NCBI GenBank assembly: GCA_039621445.1
Contig: CP154954.1
Span: forward strand, 36,007,703-36,071,702
Length of the DNA: 64,000 nucleotides
Direction: 5' to 3'
DNA from: Euglena gracilis
Taxonomy: Eukaryota
Shown here: piece by piece, positions 26,659-38,600 of the stretch
Numbering within the stretch: position 1 is the stretch's first letter
How the letters are laid out: every line of letters starts with the position of its first letter
Notes under the pieces: model-generated
What the model was told of the DNA's origin: nothing
The model's input: only the letters and a program-made list of their open reading frames with translations
The model's database searches: none
Position numbers and translations under genes: made by a program

Positions 26659-27069
26659 AGTGTACGTCCCCTGACTCTATTCCCACTGCCTGTCGGCCTA
26701 CTTACACCCTCCCGTGGGAACAGAACCAGGAGAGTAACAAAAAAGAAAGTCTTTAACTTAACTATTAGTTTTTATTGCCTTTGGGCTTATGCAGAGCACA
26801 AGGCAAACCTGGTGTGATTTTGGAACTTCAGTTCCACAAATGTTCTCCTATCGGAGATTTGAGCTTGAAATTGCCTTTGATCAGGCTTTTGATGACAAGA
26901 ATAAAATAATACCACCTGTGAAAAGAGAAGGCAGATCCGAGATAGGATAGACTATTCCTAATTCTGCAACTTGTATTGCAGAACATGGAATAGTACTATC
27001 TGGCATCACATTGTACATTCTGAAGTCTGCTGCTATGCACAGTGCCATGTTCATGCTGCCTGGTACACA
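26659..27069 (-). repeat. 3' LTR of X (411 bp)
   Basis: Shares the X-specific central segment (ATTCTTGTCATCAAAAGCCTGATC...) with 1054-1464, not with the Y LTR. Preceded by a PPT on the minus strand. Confidence 0.9.
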
Positions 27070-27078
27070 TCCCCCTCC
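27070..27078 (-). promoter_or_regulatory. Polypurine tract of X (GGAGGGGGA)
   Basis: Purine run immediately 5' of the LTR TG on the minus strand. Confidence 0.7.
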
Positions 27079-28246
27079 AGGGCTTTGGCCGATTTCCTTA
27101 CTGGACCAGGCCAGCAAGGTCATAGGCAAGGCCGTGAGATAGAGGAACTTTCACCAGGAAAGCATATCTTGGGTCTGCTTCTCCATCACAAGGTAAAAAA
27201 CCAGAAAGGGAAGGAAGGAAGAGAGGGGAACCCAAAAAACCCAAAACGCGCAAAAGAGTTTAGCCCGCTTATGCGGCTAACTACTTCTTGCGGTAAAGGG
27301 GTGGAAGTGGAAGAGCCCATTGGAAAATGGGGCTGGAAGGTTTCCATTCCAGAAAGTCCCATCCACCCCGTTTGGGGTGTGCCTATGGCACTTTGGGTGG
27401 TCTCATTCCATAATCGGAAAAGATTGCAAGGGTAGGGTGTGGAAGGAGGGGCACCTGGCCAGTCATACCTGACCAGGGAGGTAAACATATTTACAAAACC
27501 AACTGCCGGCGACAGCGGTTTTTGCCCGGGGGGGGAAAGGGGAGAGGAGTGGGTGGCTGGTCTAAAGACCTTACAAAGAATTTTTGCTGTCTGGCAGTCT
27601 TATGGGGGCCTTAATGCCGAAAAGTAACAAGTTGGCCTAATTATTACGTTGTGTGCGCTGTGTGCTGTGCGTCTTCTCTTACTGGCGGCATATACCGCTG
27701 TGGAAGACTTCGCAGCGGGCACGGACACGATGTTGCCGATGGGGTATCCCCAGAGGCGTATACTCAGAATAGCGGGCAGTAGCCCTAAAAACTGTAGCTT
27801 TGGCATTTGTGCCTTGGGTGTGCAGCCTGTAGGCTGAAGGGTTGGCATTAGCCAAAAATAATGGGGGGGGGTAGGCTTTATCGCCCAGAAACCTTGCCTT
27901 GCGGAATATGCATGGCACAAAAATACTACTGTGTGTATTCCCGAATCAAAAAAATTCGGCATATTGCCAAAAAGATCATATTGAGGTGTACAACCGCAGA
28001 AAAAAATGCGGAATTGTGGCAGGCTGCTGCCAATTCACAGAACAACTGTGGTTGGTGTGGCTTATACCACTTTGAAAAACCGCAAATGAACTGTGAATGC
28101 ACATAAAAGGATGGAACATTGTTCCAGTGCGGTGAAATTCATCACAAAAAGCTGGATTTCACCATTTTTGAGCTATGGTTCTTATAAACCTTGCAGAAGG
28201 ACACCATTTGTGTTGCACATGATGACCTTTGGGTCCTCCGAATTAT

Positions 28247-28325
28247 ATCGGTAAGGGGGTCCCACTAAGTAAAGTGGGGGGTCCGAACCACATCGGTAAG
28301 GGGGTCCCACTGCATAAAGTGGGGG
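28247..28325. repeat. Two-copy 45-bp-period repeat with internal CCCACT/AGTGGG hairpin
   Basis: ATCGGTAAGGGGGTCCCACT..TAAAGTGGGGG at 28247 and 28292. Confidence 0.8.
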
Positions 28326-29681
28326 CGGCAAGAATGCCGTTAGTGTGGTAAGCAGAAAAAAATACTGCAAATATGACAAAATCTCATCATTTGTGACTAT
28401 GCCACTGAGAAATACTGACTTTTGTCAGATTTGTAGGGAAATCCCTGTCAGGATTTAGGGCAGAAATGCAGATTCTGCGTCGAGAATTGCATTTTTGCAA
28501 CCAAAAGTGCAACTTTGTTGCATTTTGAGTCATATAAGACTGCAAATTTGCCAAGTGCACATAGTGCTTGTTGAGAGTGTCCAATAACACTGCATGTTTG
28601 TTGTTTTTACAGATTTTGGGATTTGGGTGTCTAATAACACAACATCACCCAAAAAGCTGTAAAATTGTGCAAAAAAAATCGCAAAAAAAGCAAAAATACG
28701 CTTAAAAATAGAAGGAAAACCTGTCTATGACATCTTGAGCAAAGGAAAAATTGCCATTATCAGCATATCCCTTTGCACTCCATTCTGGCATAGTGCCTCA
28801 TGGTCACTCCCATTATGGATATGAGTGCCAGAATAGGGAAAAATCACCAAAAATTGCACAAAATCACTGATTTAAATGAAAATTTGCACATAAGTGCTCC
28901 TAAAAATGGTTCTAGTGAATCGAAATGACTCCAAATTGTGGGATATAGCCCTCTGAACTGTACCAGGCCTAATAGGCCATACAGAGGGGGTAATGGGCAG
29001 AATGCTGCCAAAGGTACTAAAAAATGGCCATTAGCCAAACTGGTAACCAATGGTAATTAGCCATCAGAAACGATGTAGGGTACAGTATAGAAGCCTTTCA
29101 GGCTGATTTGCCAGTCTGGTACACGATGGTACAAGATCCGGCTGAAATAATTGGGTTTGGCCAAATTGGCTGGGCTTAATTCAAAATTTCACGATGTCCT
29201 CAAATAAGAGTACCGTGTGGAGTTACAGCGATCTGTTTGCACCGCTGGACGGCTCATCGAACGAGCTTTCGAATGAGGGGTAACATGGCCTATCGGCCAG
29301 CTACAGGCGCTGAGATACGTCTTTGATCTTTTGCCTGTGTGAGTGAGCTTTTGCTATAAGCTCCCATAATTTATTCTACAAAGACAACTTTTGGTTTCTA
29401 TCTCATACGCACTACTACATACAGTCAAAACCTCATGGCACGAGGTGCCAGAAATTTTGAAGCTTTTGTGGTGGTTTTGAGGCTATGCCAAAGTGACACT
29501 TATGCAAATCTGCATAAAACTAGCGTTTTTGGCTTGTTTTGGCCAATTCAGCCACTTTAAGCCATGTAATATGGCTTTTTGTGCCATTTTTTGAGGTCCT
29601 ATGCACTTTTCACTCTAAAATATGTATTTTTGGGCCTTTGGTCCTTTTGGTCCTTGCATTTTGTGCAAATTGGTCCTATGG

Positions 29682-32600
29682 ACCCATCTAAATGTGCTCA
29701 TTTCTTGCAACCAACATTCCCGCTACATGTTTTTCGTACCATTAAACCACGACAATCATGAAAACAACGGGTCCCCTGACTTTGGAGGCCTCCTGGAACA
29801 CCCATTCAGTTACTCGGGGTAAGGCCCAATTTGGTCCATTTTTACATGGTAACCTGGGCTGACCTGGTAAACTTCCCTCGGAATGGTCGAATGCACCCAT
29901 CTAAATGTGCCTGATTTCTTGCAACCAACATTCCCGCTGCATGTTTTTCTTACCATTAAACCACGACAATCATGAAACCAACGAGTTCCCTGACTTTGGA
30001 GGCCTCCTGGGCCACCCATTCGGTTACTTAGAGTAAGGCACAATTTGGTCCATTTTTACATGGTAACTTGGGCTGACCTGCTAAATGTCCCCCGGAATGG
30101 TCGAATGCACCCATCTAAATGTGCATATTTCTTGCAACCAACGTTCCCGCTGCATGTTTTTCTTACCATTAAACCACGACAATCATTAAACAAACGGGTC
30201 CCCTGACTTTAGAGGCCTCCTGGAACACCTATTCGGTTACTCGCAGTAAGGCCCAATTTGGTCCATGTTGACATGGTAACCTGGGCTGACCTGGTAAATG
30301 TCCCCCGGAATGGTCGAATGCACCCATCTAAACGTGCTCATTTCTTGCAACCAACATTCCCGCTACATGTTTTTCGTACTATTAAACCACGACAATCATG
30401 AAAACAACAGGTCCCCTGACTTTGGAGGCCTCCTGGAACACCCATTCAGTTACTCGGGGTAAGGCCCAATTTGGTCCATTTTTACGTGGTAACCTGGGCT
30501 GACCTGGTAAATGTCCCCCGGAATGGTCGCGTGCACCCATCTAAACGTGCTAATTTATTGCAACCAACATTCCCGCTGCAGGTTTTTCTTACCATTAAAC
30601 AGCGACAATCATGAAACCAACGGGTTCCCTGACTTTGGAGGCCTGCTGGGCCACCCATTCGGTTACTTACAGTAAGGCACAGTTTGGTCCATTTTTACAT
30701 GGTAACCTGGGCTGACCTGGTAAATGTCCCCCGGAATGGTCGAATGCACCCATCTAAATGTGCTGATTTCTTGCAACCAACGTTCCCGCTGCATGTTTTT
30801 CTTACCATTGAACCACGAAAATCATGAAACCAACGGGTCCCCTGACTTTGGAAGACCCCTGGAACAACCATTCGGTTACTCGGAGTAAGGCCCAATTTGG
30901 TCCGTTTTTACATTGTAACCTGGGAGGACCTGGTAAATGTCCCCCGGAATGGTCGAATGCACCCATCTAAACGTGCTCATTTCTTGCAACCAACGTTCCT
31001 GATGCACGTTTTTCTTACCATCAAACCACGACAATCATGAAACCAACGGGTCCCCTGACTTTGGAGGCCTCCTGGAACACCCATTCGCTTACTCGGAGTA
31101 AGGCCCAATTTGGTCCATTTTTGCACGGTAACCTGGGCTGACCTGATAAATGTCCCCCGGAATGGTCGAATGCACCCATCTAAATGTGCCTGATTTCTTG
31201 CAACCAACGTTCCCGCTGCATGTTTTTCTTACCATTAAACCACGAAAATCATGAAACCAACGGGTCCCCTGACTTTGGAGGCCCCCTGGAACATCCATTC
31301 GGTTACTCGGAGTAAGGCCCAATTTGGTCCATTTTTACATGGTAACCTGGGCTGACCTGGTAAATGGCCCCCGGAATGGTCAAGTGCACCCATCTAAACG
31401 TGCTAATTTATTGCAACCAACATTCCCGCTGCATGTTTTTCTTACCATTAAACCACGACAATCATGAAACCAACGGGTTCCCTGACTTTGGAGGCCCCCT
31501 GGGCCACCCATTCGGTTACTTAGAGTAAGGCACAATTTGGTCCATTTTTACATGGTAACTTGGGCTGACCTGCTAAATGTCCCCCGGAATGGTCGAATGC
31601 ACCCATCTAAATGTGCTTATTTCTTGCAACCAACGTTCCCGCTGCATGTTTTTCTTACCATTGAACCACGACAATCATTAAACCTACGGGTCCTCTGACT
31701 TTAGAGGCCTCCTGGAACACCTATTCGGTTACTCGGGGTAAGGCCCAATTTGGTCCATTTTTACATGGTAACCTCGTTGACCTGGTAAATGTCCCCGGGA
31801 ATGGTCGAATGCACCCATCTAAATGTGCTCATTTCTTGCAACCAACATTCCCGCTACATGTTTTTCGTACCATTAAACCACGACAATCATGAAAACAACG
31901 GGTCCCCTGACTTTGGAGGCCTCCTGGAACACCCATTCAGTTACTCGGGGTAAGGCCCAATTTGGTCCATTTTTACGTGGTAACCTGGGCTGACCTGGTA
32001 AACTTCCCTCGGAATGGTCGAATGCACCCATCTAAATGTGCCTGATTTCTTGCAACCAACATTCCCGCTGCATGTTTTTCTTACCATTAAACCACGACAA
32101 TCATGAAACCAACGAGTTCCCTGACTTTGGAGGCCTCCTGGGCCACCCATTCGGTTACTTAGAGTAAGGCACAATTTGGTCCATTTTTACATGGTAACTT
32201 GGGCTGACCTGCTAAATGTCCCCCGGAATGGTCGAATGCACCCATCTAAATGTGCTTATTTCTTGCAACCAACGTTCCCGCTGCATGTTTTTCTTACCAT
32301 TAAACCACGACAATCATTAAACAGACGGGTCCCCTGACTTTAGAGGCCTCCTGGAACACCTATTCGGTTACTCGCAGTAAGGCCCAATTTGGTCCATTTT
32401 TACATGGTAACCTGGGCTGACCTGGTAAATGTCCCCGGGAATGGTCGAATGCACCCATCTAAATGTGCTCATTTCTTGCAACCAACATTCCCGCTACCTG
32501 TTTTTCGTACTATTAAACCACGACAATCATGAAAACAACGGGTCCCCTGACTTTGGAGGCCTCCTGGAACACCCATTCGCTTACTCGGGGTAAGGCCCAA

Positions 32601-35600
32601 TTTGGTCCATATTTAAATGGTAACCTGGGCTGACCTGGTAAATGTCCCCCGAAATGGTCGAATGCAACCATCTAAATGTGCCTGATTTCTTGCAACCAAC
32701 GTTCCCGCTGCATGTTTTTTTTTACCATTGAACCACGAAAATCATGAAACCAACGGGTCCCCTGACTTTGGAAGACCCCTGGAACAACCATTCGGTTACT
32801 CGGAGTAAGGCCCAATTTGGTCCGTTTTTACATTGTAACCTGGGCTGACCTGGTAAATGTCCCCCGGAATGGTCGAATGCACCCATCTAAACGTGCTCAT
32901 TTCTTGCAACCAACGTTCCTGATGCACGTTTTTCTTTCCATCAAACCACGACAATCATGAAACCAACGGGTCCCCTGACTTTGGAGGCCTCCTGGAAAAC
33001 CCATTCGGTTACTCGGAGTAAGGCCCAATTTGGTCCATTTTTGCATGGTAACCTGGGCTGAACTGGTAAATGTCCCCCGGAATGGTAGAGTGCACCCATC
33101 TAAACGTGCTAATTTATTGCAACCAACGATCCCGCTGCATGTTTTTCTTACCATTAAACCACGACAATCATTAAACCTACGGGTCCCCTGACTTTAGAGG
33201 CCTCCTGGAACACCTATTCGGTTACTCGGGGTAAGGCCCAATTTGGTCCATTTTTACATGGTAACCCCGTTGACCTGGTAAATGTCCCCGGGAATGGTCG
33301 AATGCACCCATCTAAATGTGCTCATTTCTTGCAACCAACATTCCCGCTACATGTTTTTCGTACCATTAAACCACGACAATCATGAAAACAACGGGTTCCC
33401 TGACTTTGGAGGCCTCCTGGAACACCCATTCAGTTACTCGGGGTAAGGCCCAATTTGGTCCATATTTAAATGGTAACCTGGGCTGACCTGGTAAATGTCC
33501 CCCGGAATGGTCGAATGCAACCACGTAAATGTGCCTGATTTCTTGCAACCAACGTTCCCGCTGCATGTTTTTCTTACCATTAAACCACGACAATCATGAA
33601 ACCAACGGGTCCCCTGACTTTGGAGGCCTCCTGGGCCACCCATTCGGTTACTCGGAGTAAGGCACAATTTGGTCCATTTTTACATGGTAACTTGGGCTGA
33701 CCTGGTTAATGTCCCCCGGAATGGTCGAATGCACCCATCTAAATGTGCTCATTTCTTGCAACCAACATTCCCGCCGCATGTTTTTCTTACCATTAAACCA
33801 CGATAATCATGAAACCAACGGGTCCCCTGACTTTAGAGGCCTCCTGGAACACCTATTCGGTTACTCGGAGTAAGGCCCAATTTGGTCCATTTTTACATGG
33901 TAACCTGGGCTGACCTGGTCAATGTCCCCCGGAATGGTCGAATGCACCCATCTAAATGTGCTCATTTCTTGCAACCAACATTCCCGCCGCATGTTTTTCT
34001 TACCATTAAACCACGATAATCATGAAACCAACGGGTCCCTTGACTTTGGAGGCCTCCTGGAAAAACCATTCGGTTACTCGGAGTAAGGCCCAATTTGGTC
34101 CATTTTTGCATGGTAACCTGGTCTGACCTGGTAAATGTCCCCCGGAATGGTCGAGTGCACCCATCTAAACGTGCCTATTTTTTGCAACCAACATTCCGGC
34201 TGCATGTTTTTCTTACCATTAAACCACGACAATCATGAAACCAACGGGTTCTCTGACTTTGGAGGCCTCCTGGGCCACCCATTTGGTTACTTAGAGTAAG
34301 GCACAGTTTGGTCCATTTTTACATGGTAACTTGGGCTGACCTGCTAAATGTCCCCCGGAAAGGTCGAATGCACCCATCTAAATGTGCTTATTTCTTGCAA
34401 CCAACATTCCCGCTGCATGTTTTTCTTACCACTAAACCACGACAATCATTAAACCAACGGGTCCCCTGACTTTAGAGGCCTCCTGGAACACCTATTCGGT
34501 TACTCGGAGTAAGGCCCAATTTGGTCCATTTTTACATGGTAACCTGGGCTGACTTGGTAAATGTCCCCGGGAATGGTCGAATGCACCCATCTAAATGTGC
34601 TCATTTCTTGCAACCAACATTCCCGCTACATGTTTTTCGTACCATTAAACCACGACAATCATGAAAACAACGGATCCCCTGACTTTGGAGGCCTCCTGGA
34701 ACACCCATTCAGTTACTCGGGGTAAGGCCCAATTTGGTCCATTTTTACGTGGTAACCTGGGCTGACCTGGTAAATGTCCCCCGAAATGGTCGAATGCAAC
34801 CATCTAAATGTGCCTGATTTCTTGCAACAAACGTTTCCGCTGCATGTTATTCTTACCATTAAACCACGACAATCATGAAATCAACGGGTCCCCTGACTTT
34901 GGAGGCCTCCTGGGCCACCCACTCGGTTACTCGGAGTAAGGCCCAATTTGGTCCATTTTTGCGTGGTAACCTGGGCTGACCTGGTAAATGTCCCTCGGAA
35001 TGGTCAAATGCACCGATCTAAATGTGCTGATTTCTTGCAACCAACGTTCCCGCTGCATGTTTTTCTTACCATTAAACCACGAAAATCATGAAACCAACGG
35101 GTCCCCTGACTTTATAGGCCTCCTGGAACACCCATTCGGTTACTCGGGGTAAGGCCCAATTTGGTCCATTTTTACCTGGTAACTTGGGCTGACAGGTAAA
35201 TGTCCCCCGGAATGGTCGAATGCACCCATCTAAACGTGCACATTTCTTGCAACCAATATTCCCGCTGCATGTTTTTCTTACCATTAAACCACGACAATCA
35301 TGAAAACAACGGGTCCCCTGACTTTGGAGGCCTCCTGGAAAACCCATTCGGTTACTCGGAGTAAGGCCCAATTTGGTCCATGTTTACATGATAACCTGGG
35401 CTGACCTGGTAAATGTCCCCCTGAATGGTCGAATGCAACCATCTAAATGTGCCTGATTTCTTGCAACCAACGTTCCCGCTGCATGTTTTTCTTACCATTA
35501 AACCACGACAATCATGAAACCAACGGGTCCCCTGACTTTAGAGGCCTCCTGGAACACCTATTCGGTTACTCGGAGTAAGGCCCAATTTGGTCCATTTTTA

Positions 35601-38600
35601 CATGGTAACCTGGGCTGACCTGGTAAATGTCCCCGGGAATGGTCGAATGCACCCATCTAAATGTGCTCATTTCTTGCAACCAACATTCCCGCTACATGTT
35701 TTTCGTACCATTAAACCACGACAATCATGAAAACAACGGATCCCCTGACTTTGGAGGCCTCCTGGAACACCCATTCAGTTACTCGGGGTAAGGCCCAATT
35801 GGGTCCATTTTTACGTGGTAACCTGGGCTGACCTGGTAAATGTCCCCCGAAATGGTCGAATGCAACCATCTAAATGTGCCTGATTTCTTGCAACCAACGT
35901 TCCCGCTGCATGTTTTTCTTACCATTAAACCACGACAATCATTAAACCAACGGGTCCCCTGACTTTAGAGGCCTCCTAGAACACCTATTTGGTTACTCGG
36001 AGTAAGGCCCAATTTGGTCCATTTTTACGTGGTAACCTGGGCTGACCTGGTAAATGTCCCTCGGAATGGTCAAATGCACCCATCTAAATGTGCTCATTTC
36101 TTGCAACCAACATTCCCGCTGCATGTTTTTCTTACCATTAAACCACGACAATCATGAAACCAACGGGTCCCCTGACTTTGGAGGCCTCCTGGAACACCCA
36201 TTCGGTTACTCGGGGTAAGGCCCAATTTGGTCCATTTTTACCTGGTAACTTGGGCTGACAGGTAAATGTCCCCCGGAATGGTCGAATGCACCCATCTAAA
36301 CGTGCACATTTCCTGCAACCAATATTCCCGCTGCATGTTTTTCTTACCATTAAACCACGACAATCATGAAAACAACGGGTCCCCTGACTTTGGAGGCCTC
36401 CTGGAAAACCCATTCGGTTACTCGGAGTAAGGCCCAATTTGGTCCATGTTTACATGATAACCTGGGCTGACCTGGTAAATGTCCCCCTGAATGGTCGAAT
36501 GCAACCATCTAAATGTGCCTGATTTCTTGCAACCAACGTTCCCGCTGCATGTTTTTCTTACCATTAAACCACGACAATCATGAAACCAACGGGTCCCCTG
36601 ACTTTAGAGGCCTCCTGGAACACCTATTCGGTTACTCGGAGTAAGGCCCAATTTGGTCCATTTTTACATGGTAACCTGGGCTGACCTGGTAAACGTCCCC
36701 CGGAATGGTCGAATGCACCCATCTAAATGTGCTCATTCCTTGCAACCCACATTCCCGCTGCATGTTTTTCTTACCAATAAAACACGACAATCATGAAACC
36801 AACGGGTCCCCTGACTTTGGAGGCCTCCTGGAAAACCCATTCGGTTACTCGGAGTAAGGCCCAATTTGGTCCGTTTTTACATGGTAACCTGGGCTGACCT
36901 GGTAAATGTCCCCCGGAATGGTCGAATGCAACCATCTCAATGTGCCTGATTTCTTGCAACCAACGTTCCCGCTGCATGTTTTTCTTACCATTAAAAAACA
37001 CGAAAATCATGAAACCAACGGGTCCCCTGACTTTGGAGGCCCCCTGGAAAACCCATTCGGTTACTCGGAGTAAGGCCCAATTTGGTCCATTTTTACATGG
37101 TAACCTGGGCTGACCTGGTAAATGTCCCCCGGAATGGTCGAATGCACCCATCTTAATCTGCCTGATTTCTTGCAACCAACGTTCACGCTGCATGTTTTTC
37201 TTACCATTAAAACCACGGCAATCATGAAACCAGCGGGTCCCCTGACTTTGGAGGCCCCCTGGAACAACCATTCGATTACTCGGAGTAAGGCCCATTTTGG
37301 TCCGTGTTTACATGGTAACCTGGGCTGAACGGGTAAAATGTCCCCCGGAATGTTCGAGTGCACCCATCTAAATGTGCTCATTTCTTGCAACCAACATTCC
37401 TGCTGCATGTGTTTCTTACCAATCAACCAGGACAATCATGAAACCAACGGGACCCCTGACTTTGGAGGCCTCCTGGGACACCCATTCGGTTACTCGGAGT
37501 AAGGCCCAATTTTGGTTCATTTTTGCATGGTACCCTGGTTTGACCTGGTAAATGTCCCCCGGAATGGTCGAATGCACCCATCTATATGTGCTCATTTCTC
37601 GCAACCAACATTCCCGCTGCATGTTTTTCTTACCATTAAACCACGACAATCATTAAACCAACGGGTCCCCTGACTTTGGAGGCCTCTTGGAACACCCATT
37701 CGGTTACTCGGGGTAAGGCCCAATTTGGTCCATTTTTACATGGTAACCTGGGCTGACCTGGTAAATGTCCCCCGGAATGGTCGAATGCACCCATCTAAAT
37801 GTGCTCATTTTCTGCAACCAACATTTCCGCTGCATGTTTTTCTTACCACTAAACCACGACAACCATGAAACCAACGGGACCCCTGACTTTGGAGGCCTCC
37901 TGGGACACCCATTCGGTTACTCGGAGCAAGGCCCAATCTGGTCCATTTTTACTTGGTACCCTGGGCTGACCTGGTAAATGTCCCCCGAAATGGTCGAATG
38001 CACCCATCTAAACGTGCTCATTTCTTGCAACCAACGTTCCCGCTGCATGTTTTTCTTACCAGTAAACCACGACTATCATGAAACCAACGGGTCCCCTGAC
38101 TTTGGTGCCCTCCTGGAACACCCATTCGGTTACTCGGAGTAAGGCCCAATTTGGTCCGTTTTTACATGGTAACCTGGGCTGACCTGGTAAATGTCCCCCG
38201 GAATGGTCGAATGCACCCATCTAAATGTGCTCATTTCTTGCAACCAACGTTCCCGCTGCATGTTTTTCTTACCATTAAACCACGAAAATCATGAAACCAA
38301 CGGGTCCCCTGACTTTGGAGGCCCCCTGGAACACCCATTCGGTTACTCGGAGTAAGGCCCAATTTGGTCCATGTTGACATGGTAACCTGGGCTGACCTGG
38401 TAAATGTCCCCCGGAATGGTCGAATGCACCCTTCTAAATGTGCTCATTTCTTGCAACCAACATTCCTGCTGCATGTTTTTCTTACCATTAAACCACGACA
38501 ATCATGAAACCAACGAGTCCCCTGACTTTGGAGGCCTCCTGGAAAACCCAATCAGTTACTCGGAGTATCGCCCAATTTGGTCCATTTTTACATGGTAACC

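Larger units (their letters stand above)
27070..29681 (-). mobile_element. 3' internal region of X (non-coding, possibly with nested repeat fragments)
   Basis: Contiguous with the PPT and 3' LTR. Only short ORFs; no RT, RNase H or integrase motifs seen. Confidence 0.65.

Noticed and set aside
22836-27069. Gag flanked by ~410-bp inverted terminal repeats (DIRS-like or foldback element)
   Set aside because: The right repeat pairs with LTR 1054-1464, has a PPT outside it and interrupts gag. No tyrosine recombinase or RT seen.
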